64,000 nucleotides of DNA from Octopus vulgaris. Lineage: Eukaryota. The notes beneath the pieces are model-generated. The model ran no database searches, was not told the origin of the DNA, and saw nothing but the letters and a program-made list of their open reading frames with translations. The position numbers and the translations under genes were made by a program. Below, piece after piece: positions 1-13,418 of this stretch. The stretch covers positions 75,082,001-75,146,000 of the forward strand of contig OX597819.1 of NCBI GenBank assembly GCA_951406725.2. The letters are read 5' to 3'. The stretch's first letter is position 1. Each line of letters begins with the position of its first letter.

Positions 1-59
1 CTCTTCCTTCATCTCCCAGAAGCCCATTTCATCATCCATTAGGGTTGGAAGGCCGAGAT

Positions 60-62
<3 letters not shown>

Positions 63-127
<65 letters not shown>

Positions 128-310
128 CAGCTAGAGAATTCAGAAGAGAGAGAGAGAGAGAAAAAGAGAGAGAGATAACAAAATAGAGCGTGAGAGAAAG
201 AGAGAGCGAAGCAGAACGTGAGTGGGAGAGATGGCGAATAAGTGAAGGAGAGAGAGAGAGAGATGGAGGGGGAGGGAGGGAGGGAGAGAAACAGACAGAA
301 GGAAGAAGGA
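63..310. repeat. (AG)n microsatellite and purine-rich decay
   Basis: Pure AG run followed by degenerate GA-rich sequence. Confidence 0.95.
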
Positions 311-449
311 GAGATCATGATGGCGAATGCTAGTTGCTAACTGCTAGTTGCAGGCGTGCCGATTAATATTTCTACCGAAGCGACATCTGTCCCTTAACGT
401 AAAATACCACTCACATGCATCAACACAGGTCGATGCACTCACCTATTTT

Positions 450-467
450 TATACTATATATATATAT

Positions 468-505
<38 letters not shown>

Positions 506-815
506 TAAACATACATGCATGATGCATGTCTATTGCACATTAATCATCTTTTGTTTATACTTATTACAATCTCTGCAGTAGATGCACTTCTGTCGTTCGG
601 ATCGATATTGTTATTACACACACATTCTCCACACACACACGTACTCGCGCATATACACGTGTATACACACTAGCAAGAAATACATAGAACGTACGCGCGT
701 GCCCGCGAACGTGCGTACGCACATGCATAGTAAACGCATAACTATTATTATTTCACACTCTCTTTATCTCTCATATTTTCTACATATACATACATACACG
801 GAGAAACGCACACAT

Positions 816-861
<46 letters not shown>

Positions 862-1290
862 TCACACACACACACACACACACACATTCACACAGATACA
901 CACACACACACACACACACATATGCTCATATACGCAGTTATTAAGTAAACCTATACTTGCAAGCACAAACACGCAGAGGAGTTCACTCATTAACGTATTT
1001 ACATACAGACACACACGTACGCACGTGCATACACGCACACGTATACACACGTGCACACGTACATACACGCACACGTACACACACACAAGCGCGCGCTTCA
1101 ACTATTCTATACGACGCACACACGTTTTCCTTGAATAAGTTGCACTTCTCGCGCACACACGTACACACACTCACACACTTATACATACACACTTATACAC
1201 ATACATACATACATACATACATACATACATACACGTGCGTGCGCACGAACGCACGTATACACACGCACACGCACACGCACGCACACACTT
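450..1290. repeat. Compound (TA)n/(CA)n/(TACA)n microsatellites
   Basis: Directly visible; the HT/YI-repeat ORFs here are artefacts. Confidence 0.9.
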
Positions 1291-1367
1291 CCCAATTAAC
1301 ATGCAGGCTGAAACGAATTTTCATGAGCACACTCCCGAAAACACTGACTCATACATGCTTCCTAATA

Positions 1368-1384
1368 AGCAACAACAACGACAC

Positions 1385-1420
<36 letters not shown>

Positions 1421-1594
1421 CACCACCACCACCACCATCACCACCACCACCACTGCCGTCGCTGTCTCTCCGTCATTATTACAAACACAAGAGCCGCCTC
1501 CACAGGACCTAATACTATTTTCATCATCACCACTTCTATTCTACGGCATCCTATATGGCTTGTGCTGTCTCTCGGCTATCACCACCGGCATCAA

Positions 1595-1635
<41 letters not shown>

Positions 1636-1672
1636 TACTACTACTGCTGCTGCTGTTGCTGCTGCTGCTACT

Positions 1673-1720
<48 letters not shown>

Positions 1721-1811
1721 GCTACTATTACAACTACTACAACTGCTACTACTACTGCTACTACTACTACTACATCTACTACTGCTGCTGATACTACTAC
1801 AACTACTACAA

Positions 1812-1844
<33 letters not shown>

Positions 1845-1845
1845 T

Positions 1846-1915
<70 letters not shown>

Positions 1916-2185
1916 GTTCAGCTGTCTATCCAAATCTTGACAATACTTGATACCCCTGCCATTCCAACCACCGTTACCATCATCTCCACAATCGTTGTCA
2001 CACTATCTCAAGGACAGGGCAACCACAACCAGCATCGAAACCACTATCACAACCACTACCTTCACCAACACAACAACCACCACCAGCACTACAACCACGA
2101 CCTACACTATAACCACCACCAACATTTACAACTACCACCACCAGGACTACAACCTCAATTTCTGCCACCAACTTCACATCTACCA
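1368..2185. repeat. Compound trinucleotide microsatellite (CTA/CCA/CTG/CAA)n
   Basis: Long ACT, ACC and GCT runs; poly-T/L/Y ORFs are artefacts. Confidence 0.93.
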
Positions 2186-2436
2186 CAAGAAGAAAGTTTC
2201 AACGTGGTTGCTCGATCTGCTAGAAATAGCAACAAAGTTTTCTAAAATCATATACTACTATCTTGAAGAAGGAAAAGGAATATTTGATAACATAATCCTA
2301 CACAAAGCCTACGGTGAAACAACAATAACGGTAATTTCCATCACTAGATTGGTGCCATCGAAAATATCCTCCTTTCAAAAATGCATGGCTTGTGCCTATA
2401 TCATCATCATCATCATCATCATCATCATTGTTATTA

Positions 2437-2674
2437 TGAGAGAGCAGCGCATGCCAGCAAAGTGACACTGGGGTACAAATATTCGAAGCCCAATATACCC
2501 ACCATGAATACTCGACATATCGTCAGCCACTAGTAAGGTCAAACAACTGACAAACAAATTTGTGGTATTGAGCAGAATATTTACCATAGCCCATATTCTA
2601 CGCAAAAACAAAAGATGTACACGATAATACCTCCAGTCAGTTAAGATCAGAAGCTACGAGAGCCAGTGCCTGGT
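2437..2674 (-). mobile_element. Internally deleted copy of the ~540-bp TAA-associated non-coding interspersed repeat
   Basis: Reverse complement matches both ends of 20221-20760 (gagagcagcgcatgc...ggggtacaaatat...; cagttaagatcagaagc); abuts (ATC/ATT)n. Confidence 0.75.
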
Positions 2675-2929
2675 TGTTAAAACTCCTGAAGTCTTGCTGC
2701 CTGCAGCCTGCGGTACCATGCTATCTGTTCTTTTCAACTATCTAGTACTTTCTTTATTTTTCTGGCCGTGCCAAGGAGGCAAACCTTTTATAACAGTTCT
2801 ACTAGGCAAGATTTTCTTTATATTCCTCTTGATTCCTTCTGATACTGTCCCCAACGACCCAACAATAATTGACACTATCTCCACCTTCATTTTCCACAGC
2901 TTGGCTATTTTGTACTTAAGAGGACTGTA

Positions 2930-4370
2930 TCAAAAATTAACGCGGAAAAGTCAATGGGCTTGCAACTCGGCACCTGGAGAGGCAAGTCCATGCCGTCCAA
3001 CAGCGCCATGGGACGCTAGACAGACGATCCGGTTAAGTTGCTCAGAGTCTGGTTTTGTCCAGACCACCAGGTGGAGAAAAACTGGGACGAGGTGACGAGC
3101 AGGGTGGCCAATCTCACCCAGAAATGGGCCGAGAGGAAGCTGTCCCTGAAAGGTTGAGTGGAGGTGGCGAATGTGTACATCGTATCCGTCATCTATTACC
3201 GCTTGGCCGTCGTCCATCGCCCCTTTTGCTGGTTGATCAAGCTGGTGCGTTTAATCTTCCGCTTTCTGTGGAAAGGGCGCGTTCCGCTGGTCAGGCGCTC
3301 CCTTTGCTGTCAACAGCCACTGGACGTGCCTTGGTTACTGATGCGCAGACATGCGTTGAGGTTGCAGTATCTCCAGCCTTTCCTTGACGGTGAGCAGGTG
3401 TGATCACCGTTTGTCAGGCACACTTTTCCACAGCTCGTCTCTTTGACTGAGCTGCAAACCTGGATTATAGGCGTAGACCAAGGAGGCGTAGACCTCGAGT
3501 GCCGTCAAGCGCTCACAGCCCTCCGCCAAGCGGGCAATGCGGTCGGTGGTAGTTCCACTCTAACGTTCTATAGAGGGCTAGTGGAGGGAAAGTGCGACGA
3601 CATTCTCAGGGTAACTTTGGGTGTCGATGAAAATCAACTAACCGGTCCGTTTCGGAGAACTTTAGGGCCTGGGCCTATGGATAACTTCCAGAAATCCCTT
3701 GCCTGGCAGTGCTACCGAGGGGCGCTGCTTGTTCGAGATAAACTTTACAGGCACGGAAGTGCTGTCAGCTGGGCCTGTCCAAGGTGCGCCCAGAACAATG
3801 AAAACGTTCTGCACGCCCTAGTCCAGTGCCCGAGTATTGCTGACCTGTGGGTTAATGTCGAACACCTGCTGTCGCGTGTAGGACGGATCCGACTCTCAGC
3901 TTAATCCATTTTGAAGATGCCCCACCGCCCGCTCTTGACCGAGAGGGGCAGGGAATTTTATTTGTCTAGTAGCTGTAGCGAAAGAGGTAGTATGGTGGAC
4001 TCGTTTGAAAGGGCTAAAGACAGACACTTTCATCTTTGGCCAATCCCTCATTAACTTTTTCAAGTTTCACTTGAAAGGGAAGTTGAGGGTGGAGAGGGAA
4101 GTATTGCCTTCTAGCAAGTTTGTTGAAAGGTGGGTGAATGTAGGAAGAATGGCCAGTGTGAAAGGACCAATTGTGAGCATGCACCTGTGAGAAATAAAAG
4201 GGATCTTGCCCTGTTGAACACCCGTGGCTTTCGTGGGTTTTTTTCCATGAAGACCTTAAAACGCCTCCCCTACTGGGAGTTTTAATTTGTTTAATTTGTT
4301 ATTGTTATATTATTGTTTACATGCTGTAAAACCCATTGTATCATCTTGTTTTTGTCTTTTATGTTTTTGC
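2930..4370 (+). mobile_element. Tx1/L1-clade non-LTR retrotransposon, 5'-truncated and degenerate ORF2 (RT C-terminus + zf-RVT) with 3' UTR
   Basis: KINAEKSMGLQLGTW, KWAERKLSLKG, VIYYRL, FRFLWKG, CPRC..ENVLHALVQC; stops and frameshifts; homologous to 30880-32004 and 59960-61525. Confidence 0.88.
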
Positions 4371-4488
4371 ATGTCATTATCAGCATAGTGTGAGTCTGTT
4401 AGAGCAAAAACGAGTTCTTCAATATTTGTCAGTCATAATTAGGAACTAACATCGTATCTACAGAAAATGATGTAAAAATTCTGTTCTT

Positions 4489-4706
4489 ATTTCTTTATTG
4501 CACACAAGGGGCTAAACATAGAGGGGATAAACAAGGACAGACAAAGGGATTAAGTCGATGACATCGACTCCAGTGCGTAACTGGTACTTTATCGACCCCG
4601 GAGGGATGAAAGGCAAAGTCGACCTCGGCAGAATTTGAACTCAGAACGTAACGGCAGACGAAATACTGCTAAGCATTTCGCCCGGTGTGCTAACGTTTCT
4701 GCCATC
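4489..4706 (-). mobile_element. tRNA-derived SINE family A, Tx1-like tail variant, with 12-bp TSD
   Basis: A/B-box head (tggcagaaacgttagc, gagttcaaattc) and central gcctttcatcc..gggtcgataaa..gtaccag domain; TSD AATTCTGTTCTT at 4477-4488 and 4707-4718. Confidence 0.92.
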
Positions 4707-5859
4707 AATTCTGTTCTTGATGGCCGCAGTGTCACCAGTCTTCTTGTACACTTACTAAACCCTTGATGGGGCGTACACTCACATGTTACTAATCTTTCTG
4801 AATATCGTTTAAAAAAGTATCAGACCAAGCAAAGACTGTATGGTTGTCTTCTTGCAACTATAACGTCATCAGAAAGGGACGCGTTGCTTTGCAGGACATT
4901 ACTGGAAAGCTAAGCAAGAATTCAATAATGTCATACTTCTATGGACAGCTAGGCGTGGTTGTGGACAAATCAGCCGTTCAGTAAAATCCTCCATTTTAAC
5001 CAGTTCTGAACATATCCAGGACGTTGTTCTGTTGACCTACCAAACACTATGTGGGATTGTGATGAGTAGCGTGATCTCACCACATTTGAGGACGGTGCCA
5101 CTGTTACACAGTGACACAAGAGATGACACAAGATCAACCAGCTTCGAGGAACAGGAACTATAGTAGTAGCTGAAGAAAAGGCAGTTGGTGAGTTACTTTA
5201 CGTCAGTCAATCGGGTGGCCCTTACTTTAGATGCCGTCAAGTACGTCTGCGTATGCAACAGCAGCACCGATCCCAGATATGGAAGTAAAAGATAACGAGC
5301 AGCACAGAATATGAAGAATGCGAGACATGGATATTTTAGAAAGCTTCCCAGACTGGAAGGCGATGCAGAAGAAGAAACTACAACAGCAGGATATCCTGAA
5401 ACCGGAAATATGATCCGAATACTTACAGCAGTGTGAATTCTACTAAATGTACTCTACCGAAGCCCAATTGAAATTACGCTGTGTTGGTGTCCAAAACTGG
5501 AGCCACGCAACAAAAACTGGAAGAGAACAATAATAGAACAAAAATGAAACACGTAAATAACAATGTTTTCTTGTTCTTGGTACACTATGTAGTATTTGGG
5601 AGTGTAGCTGTGAACTGTGCGTTACATTTGCACAGACACACACATAACGTAATACTATATTTTACAATAAACTAGATGTTCAATTTTTAGGGGTGGTGGT
5701 ATTAAAACTGTTAGTTTCACTAATGTAGCTCTTCAGACAATGTGAGGTAATATTCATAGTTCCAACTGCTTGTATTCATGTGAAGAACTTTACTGAGAGA
5801 AATATTTCTACGCCTGTGTGGAAATATCTTTAGGATAGGTTGTCAATACCGCATTTCGA

Positions 5860-6360
5860 AAACTTCTAATCAATGAAGAGAGAAGGTGGGTAAGAGTGAA
5901 GAGAGGAAGTAGGTATCAGAGGAAAAGAGGAGAGGAGTGAAGAAAGGAAGCAGGTGTCAGATGAAGAGAGTTGAGCCCATGTGGCGCAAAGGAGCGAAGA
6001 GAGAAGATTAATTCTTGTTCATGACGAAGGCAGGAGTCCGGATGGCCCCATGTGCAAAGAAAATCCGAACACGGACAGGTGTTGTAATGAATGCCGGTAA
6101 AGCGGAAATGGCGCGAGACCGGGGTGTCATTGCCGAGTCTGATGTCTTGGAGGTGCCTCGCGAACCGGTTAGTCAAGCGGCGTCCCGTTTGACAGATGTA
6201 CAGAGAAGGGCAGACAGAGTAGGAGATGCAGTAAAGGACGTTGCCAGAAGTTTAGGTGATATGATAGGGACGATGATGGGTGTCTGCGAAGATGGTAGTA
6301 TTGGAGAGGTAGGAGCAAGTGCGGTAGCGTAAGCGGGAGCAGGGGAACGAACCAGATTAG
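5860..6360 (-). mobile_element. Penelope-like element fragment (GIY-YIG endonuclease C-terminal part)
   Basis: RFARHLQDIRLGNDTPVSRHF...EQELIFSLRSFAPHGLN; near-identical family member at 32590-33240. Confidence 0.85.
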
Positions 6361-6362
6361 GA

Positions 6363-6510
6363 GAAAACTACAAAAACATCACAAAAAATATCACGAAAAC
6401 TGCTACTCAGAGTTTCAGGTTCCCATTCGTCGAACAGTTGTGATCCAGGATGGAATAAGAATTTGGGATATACGCATAATTTATATTATGATGTAATTCA
6501 CAATCACAAA
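6363..6510 (-). mobile_element. Penelope-like pLTR fragment with degenerate hammerhead (6398-6439)
   Basis: Inverted homolog of 7865-8000; minus strand aactgt-tcgacga...gaaac-tctga-gta-gcagtt. Confidence 0.65.
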
Positions 6511-7356
6511 TATACATTTGAATTTGATTAGTCGTTTCAACAAGCGGTTTTTAAAAAGCGGTAAATATGAATAATAAAGTAACAATGAAAATTAGAATAT
6601 CGTGTTGTATAAAATCGAAGAAAACCTTAAAGCAAAAATAAATTTCTAGTTTAAAAAGAAAACATACATGCCCAGAGTAAATTAATTAATGGTAAATACG
6701 CTTAGCTGATATAAGTATAAGTCTGTTTTTTAAAAATTAACCATCAGATTTGGGAAGCTCATAGATATTGATAAAAGCAGTGGTGAGCTTTTTATATAAG
6801 CAACTCATACACACACATACATATAAAAATACACGTATAACAAAACTATATACTTATACATACGAAATACATGTGTATATATTCACATAAATACAAAAAT
6901 ACATGCTTATACATAATAAATATACATATACCTACACATAAGCAAAATACAGATACATACGAATACAAGAATATACACATAGGCATACATACAAAAAGAC
7001 AGATGCAATATATACATATATGTACAACCACACATTCACATACAGAACGTATACATATATAGGCACATATACATACATTATGTCTGTGTGTATACATATA
7101 CATACATTATACATACACAATAAATATATACGCATACGTGTATATACACACAACCGCGTGTCTGGTTTGTTGAATATAAATATAAAAACTGTTGCAAGAA
7201 GGAATGAGGTAGTTAAATTTAAAATACTAAAAACATTATTTTATGTAATCTAAATTTGAATATGAGTAATCTTCGGTGGAATTTAAAACAGAACTTAGCG
7301 ACGGGCGAAATATCTCTAAACATTTTGCTCTGCTCGCTAAAGGTTCTGCCACGCCG

Positions 7357-8083
7357 TATTATAATGATGCATTAAGAAATAGTGAATTCTCGGAGAAGAT
7401 CCAGTCTAGTCAAAGCATAAATAACAATAATAGAGCACGTAGGACTAGAACTAGGAAAGTTTTGTGGTTTAATCCGACATTTAACATCGCCGTAAGAACT
7501 AATATAGGTAGGGAATTCTTAAAAATAGTATCTAAGCACTTTCAAGCAAACTATAAGTACCATAGAATTTTTAATGGGAGAACGCTGAAGATTAGCTATT
7601 CTTGTTGCAAGAACTTTGCCTCTTTAATTAACCAGCACAGCATGAAAAATAATAGGAATAACCACAGTGTTGAAAATAATCAGAACAATTGTAATTGTAA
7701 AGACCAAAGTTACTGTCCATTGAGAGGAAATTGTTTGGAGAAAGGAACAGTATATAGAGCTAAGGTGTAAATAGATGGCTCACAAACATACAAGACATAT
7801 CACCACTTTTTAAAAGAGCGTTAGTTGAAGCGACCAATCAAATTCAAATGTGTATCTGTTAATATGAATTACATCATTATATAAAATTATACGTATAACC
7901 CAAATTATTATTCCATTCTGAATCAACTGCCCGACGACGACGGCAACGTGAAACTCTGAGTTGCAGTTTTTTGTGATATTTGTGTGATATTTTTGCAGCT
8001 TTAATAATAAAGTATATTACTCTACCTCTCGTGTTCGAGTACTATGTTTTCCCACCCTGTTTCACATTTATGTGCTTACTCTG

Positions 8084-8085
<2 letters not shown>
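7357..8085 (+). mobile_element. Penelope-like element fragment (RT-EN linker, start of GIY-YIG, pLTR), ending in (TA)n
   Basis: RKVLWFNPTFN..VRTNIGREFL..HF..IFN..LKISYSC and CNCK..CPLRGNCL..VYRAKV are typical PLE motifs. Confidence 0.85.
7925..7968 (+). ncRNA. Minimal type I hammerhead ribozyme motif (U4C variant)
   Basis: aactgc|CCGACGA|stem II|GAAAC-tctga-GTT|gcagtt; 6-bp stem I. Confidence 0.6.
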
Positions 8086-8150
<65 letters not shown>

Positions 8151-8959
8151 CTGGGGGGGGGGGGGTAGAGGGCAGCACTTGCATTGCTAGAAACAAGAGT
8201 TAAAGACCCTTATAGTAAAAAAAAAGCACATTCTATGTACTGACTGGGGAGATGACCACCTCGCAGCGAGCGAGATCACTATACTAGCAAGCTAGTTTTA
8301 CTTGGAATTAAAGCTCGTGGGACTGAAACCGAAACCAAGTGTTTGCAAAGCGAGCTTCCTAACCACTCAGCTACGCATGCACCTATAAAATATTTTGAAA
8401 ATTTATTAAGTGAAGCTGATTTAATGACACAATACTTCTGTTTCTGTTTCATGATATAATGTGGCTTTGAAAAGTTTTAAATCTAATAATAAGTACTCAG
8501 GAACAGAGATTAAGTCAGGTCAAAGTCTGAGGTTGCAGACAATATTATCAAATCTTGTTTAACGTTGTCGTTTTATGTGAGAAACATTATTAACGTTGAT
8601 TTTAAGTACTCTGCGTTTACAAAAGTATGTGGTTTTTTCAGTATATTTTAGTCGGTGTTATCCGGGCGGTGAAAAGTTTTGAGATGCTTATAGCACCGTT
8701 TATATTAGATCCACTTAGAGAGTGGCAATTATTACCATATGCTATGTGTGTGTGTGTGCCCACGTGTGTGTATGTGTGTATGAAAGAGAGAGAGAAAAAC
8801 AGAGAGTGCGTGCGTGTGTGTATTATATTTATGTGTGTGTATCCACGTATACAAGTGCGTGCTCATTGTGTGTGTGTATATATATATATGTGTGTGTGTG
8901 TGTATGTGTGTGTGTGCATGTATGTTTACATTTATGTACATATATATATATATGTATAG

Positions 8960-8996
8960 ATAGACAGACAGACAGACAGGCAGACTGATAGATAGC

Positions 8997-9093
<97 letters not shown>
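8960..9093. repeat. (GACA)n/(GATA)n microsatellite
   Basis: Directly visible. Confidence 0.95.
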
Positions 9094-9094
<1 letters not shown>

Positions 9095-9339
9095 TTGTTA
9101 AGCATGTAAGTTTATGCATAATTGAGTAAGACTATAAGACACGACGATTCTTACCTAAAATTATAGTTCGAATCAGTTGTTAGGGTCTATGTATAAGTAC
9201 AATGAGAACAAAAACCTCCCACAGCACGTATCAAATGAGCACCAGAAGGAAGCAAAATAGTTCTTGCCTAAAGATTGCATAGGTTCGAAAACAAGTCGCG
9301 AAACAAGTAAGTATGTGTGTGGGAGGGGTGTTCTCTTTC

Positions 9340-10110
9340 TCTTTTTAATTTAGAATATATTTTGACTGGCCACTTTTTTAGGAGCAAGGTTGTGAGGAAA
9401 GCATCTTGCTTTGTTCGATATCCTAGGTCTTGAAGCTTTTATAGTCTCAGATATCGTGATAATTTGTAGTGTATGAATCGAGGACTTGCGTTTCTTTCCC
9501 CATGAACCTTAGTTCTTGTTGCTCCAGTAATAAGAGAAATGAAGTTGAGAGTTTATCTTCGGTACTGGATTTGCAAACTCCTTATCCATAGTCTATAGAC
9601 ATCCTCTTTCTCTGGTATTTTTTCTAACCACATTGGTGTCCTAAGGGAAGTTGATTTCCTCAACATAACATCTTTTTCTTTATGGTCTTTTAATTTAGTG
9701 GTTGTTTTAAATTTTAAGTTCCACCAATATTCTTTAGAGCCATCGGTCTCAATATGTTCAACTTTGTAGATGTTGTTTTTTCTTGTTTTTTTTTTTTTTT
9801 TTTTATTTTTTGCTATTCTTTTCAAGAATTTTTGGCCATTGCATCATTCCTCGTGGGAAGATAGCATCAAGAAGCCATTCTTTCTCAGTTGGCAATAATA
9901 TGGTTGATGCCTTGAATTTTGGTCATGCAGTACCTAGGTTCCTTGTCTGTCAATGTTTTTAGCCTTTTATGCTCTTGATACTAGGTGGGGATCTCTTGTT
10001 CATGAATTGCATGTAGGTAGTCTTTGAAACAGGATGTCATAAACTTGTCGGAACTCTATGGCAAGCTTTTGACATGATCATTTCTTCTATGGTTTATGTT
10101 TTGCGTGCCA
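9340..10110 (-). mobile_element. Degenerate R4-clade (restriction-like endonuclease) retrotransposon fragment
   Basis: Minus strand reads DYLHAIHEQEIPT*Y...RYC..INHIIAN*ERMAS*CYLPTRNDA (decayed CCHC + RHD) and KEYWWN. Confidence 0.7.
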
Positions 10111-10199
10111 AATACCCGTGTGCTATCTCAGTGGACAGGTACATTTTTTATATTTTGTTCTTCTGATATATAGAGTTTATCAGTGGTCCATGGAAATAG

Positions 10200-10521
10200 A
10201 TTTGTAAGCCTAGTACTTATTCTATCGGTCGCTTTTGCCGAACAGCTAAGTTACAGGGACGTTAACACACCAACATCGGTTGTCAAGCGATTTTGGGGGG
10301 ACGAATACAGACACACAAACATACATACACACACATATATATATATATACATATTACGACAGGCTTCTTTCAGTTTCCGTCTACTAAATCCACTCACAAG
10401 GCTTTGGTCGACCTGAGGCTATAGTAGAAGACACGTGCTTAAGGTGCCACGCAGTGGTACTGAACCCAGAACCATGTGGTTGGTAAGTAAGCTACATACC
10501 ACACAGCCACTCCTGCGCCTA
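10200..10521 (-). mobile_element. tRNA-derived SINE family B (octopus OR-like, CORE-like centre) with internal microsatellite
   Basis: ggcgcaggagtggctgtgtggt...gggttcagt..cactgcgtggcacctt; copies at 33520, 38385, 51157. Confidence 0.88.
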
Positions 10522-10909
10522 TAAATGTGATGTTTAAAATATTCATAAATTCGATCCTAGAATTATTGTTATTATATATATATATAGTATGTATGTATGT
10601 ATGTATGTATGTATGTATGTATGTATGTATGTATGTATGTATGTATGTATGTATGTATAAATGAATGTATATATATAGCACACACATACTTAATACATTT
10701 TGCACGCGCGTGCGTGTGTGCAGAGGCTCACTCATTTATGTGCTTTATATGTGATTGGACGTCTGTAAATACTAGTTAAATAGATAGGTTTGTTTGTTTC
10801 TTCGTTACTGGCTCTAAAATTCAAAGATCAATTCGATTAAATCTCGATCAAAGTTTAAGAAGTGATAAGAAAGAGCTCAAAGCCGTTGCTTTTGTTGTTG
10901 ATTTTGTCC

Positions 10910-10935
10910 ACATTATCATTATTATTATTATTATA

Positions 10936-10992
<57 letters not shown>

Positions 10993-11139
10993 ATTATTAT
11001 TATTATCATCATCATTATTATTATTATAATGACTATTATTATCATTATTGTTATTATTATTGTTATTGTCATTATTGTTGTTGTTGTCTCTTCTTCTTCT
11101 CATTATTATTATTATTATCATCATCATCATCATCATCAA

Positions 11140-11191
<52 letters not shown>

Positions 11192-11204
11192 GTTGTTGTT
11201 GTTG

Positions 11205-11248
<44 letters not shown>

Positions 11249-11250
11249 CA
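10910..11250. repeat. (ATT/ATC/GTT)n compound microsatellite
   Basis: Directly visible. Confidence 0.95.
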
Positions 11251-11452
11251 TTGATTGTTTGTGGTGGCAGTGGTGGTGTGGTAGTAAGGTTGATGCAACT
11301 CCTTAATACATACGATTGAAAGACGTTGCATTGGTCTTAATGGATTGATGATTGAGTGGATTGAGCTGTGTCGTATCATTAATAGGATGCAGTACATCCC
11401 CGTTTCTTTACTTCTCTCTCATTCCTCTCTCTCTCCCCTCTCTCATTCTCTT

Positions 11453-11505
<53 letters not shown>

Positions 11506-11709
11506 CTCTATCTCATTCTACCTCCACAATCTCCCACATTTTCCCCAATATCCCATTCTCAAATCTCTCTCTTTTTACCTATTTCAACTCAGGTTGTTTG
11601 TTTTAAACATTGCTTTCCCGTTTCTATCATAGTGTTGTTATCGATGGTATTTCTTTTCTTGTTTAGCTACAGTTCTTGTGTTCATGTATTCTCCTGTTGT
11701 TGCCATTGG

Positions 11710-11900
<191 letters not shown>

Positions 11901-11991
11901 TTGATGCAAGTCAAACCTAATTGAGCAAACCGACTCCACCTTCCCAAGAAAAGATGAAGAGTTCGTGGAATCTGAAGTCAGAACTAATGTC

Positions 11992-12043
<52 letters not shown>

Positions 12044-12044
<1 letters not shown>

Positions 12045-12737
12045 CTCAACAGAGTATCTCAACAGGTATGATAGAGCTGCACAATATATTCACTGGGTAA
12101 TTTGCAAAAGCCTGGACTTGCTCCATGATAAAAACTAGTGGGAACACAAACCGCCTCCAGTGTTTGAAAATGACCACATCTCACTCCTCTGGAACTTCAC
12201 CATTCAAACTGACAGAAAGATAGATGCGAATAGGCCAGACATCATAGTAAAAAACTTAAGACAAAAAACATGCCTCCTCATTGATATGACTGTTCCAGTC
12301 GATATAAACGTATCTGTCAAGACCTACCATAAACTGACCAAATATAAGATCTGGAAATAGAAATCAGCAAAATGTGGAACCTGAAGACTAAAACAATACC
12401 TGTTGTCATAGGTGCCCTGGGAATGATAGCAAAAGGGGCTGATTGCTACCTAACTCAGATACCAGGAAACCCCAAAATGGCAGAAATTCAAAAGATAGTG
12501 CTCATGGGAACTCCTCATATCCTACGCAAAATACTTTCTATGTAATCTCAAGTTTTAAAACAAACATAATTTTCGTATGGTTTTTAGGCATTCACTAGTA
12601 CAACACTAAGTACAAAACCAAATATATGGCACCCTAGGCATAACACCAACACGAACTTCCAATTTGTTGTCTCTTGAAGTCTCTGGGTGAGACTTGGAGC
12701 CAGCTTGTGCAAATGTAAAGCAAAAGTCAAACATAGA
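12044..12737 (+). mobile_element. R4/Dong-type non-LTR retrotransposon 3' fragment (REL endonuclease) inserted in (TAA)n
   Basis: LNRYDRAAQYIHW..LLWNFTIQTDRKIDANRPDII..LIDMTVP..KY..IPVVIGALG; TAA repeats on both sides. Confidence 0.92.
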
Positions 12738-12749
12738 ATAATGATAATA

Positions 12750-12963
12750 ATCATTTCTACTATACGTACAAGGCTTGAAATTTTGGGGAGGGTAAAAGTC
12801 GATTACATTGACCTCAGTACTCAGTTGGTACGCTTTTTATCAACCCCGAAATAATGAAAGGCAAAGTCGACCTCGGCGGAATTCGAACTCAGAACGTAGC
12901 AACGGGCAAAATACCGCTGAGCATTTCGTCCAGCGTGCTAACGATTCTGTCAGCTTGCCACCT
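12750..12963 (-). mobile_element. SINE family A, tail variant B
   Basis: Same head and centre as 4489-4706; tail ..gccttgtacgtatagtagaaatg(att)n. Confidence 0.88.
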
Positions 12964-12966
12964 TCC

Positions 12967-13050
<84 letters not shown>

Positions 13051-13052
<2 letters not shown>

Positions 13053-13192
13053 TCGAAAAATACCTTAGGAATGGGAACCCAGTTCGAAATTTCCCCAACA
13101 CACCTGATGAAGGCTGGAGGGTATATCAGCCGAAACGCTGTGTTAACAACAAACAAGATGAGGATAGATATCCGTCAAATGTAAATAATGTA
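13051..13192 (+). mobile_element. Short pLTR-like element with minimal hammerhead (13100-13143)
   Basis: acac|CTGATGA|a-ggctg-loop-cagcc|GAAAC-GCT|gtgt; cleavage triplet appears mutated. Confidence 0.6.
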
Positions 13193-13418
13193 TGTATTCC
13201 CTTTATGCAAATTATCAATAAGACCATTAGTGACACAATACAGTATGAGATAAACAGATCACAGATCGAATTGCGCACGGCCATGACAATGACATTAGTA
13301 ACTACAACAATAGCAATGCTAATACCAATAGTAGTAACGGTAACTAGTGCCAGCATTCCGGTCATAAATCAGGGTCAGGTACGCTGAAGGCAGTCAATTG
13401 TTCAGTTTATTAACATTA

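Noticed and set aside
957-2465. Long ORFs of 327, 336 and 172 aa (mucin-like poly-Thr)
   Set aside because: Translations of trinucleotide microsatellites, open in several frames, with no gene context
5843-5878. Hammerhead-like trace downstream of the GIY-YIG fragment
   Set aside because: Core too mutated (ttgatta, gaaat) to support
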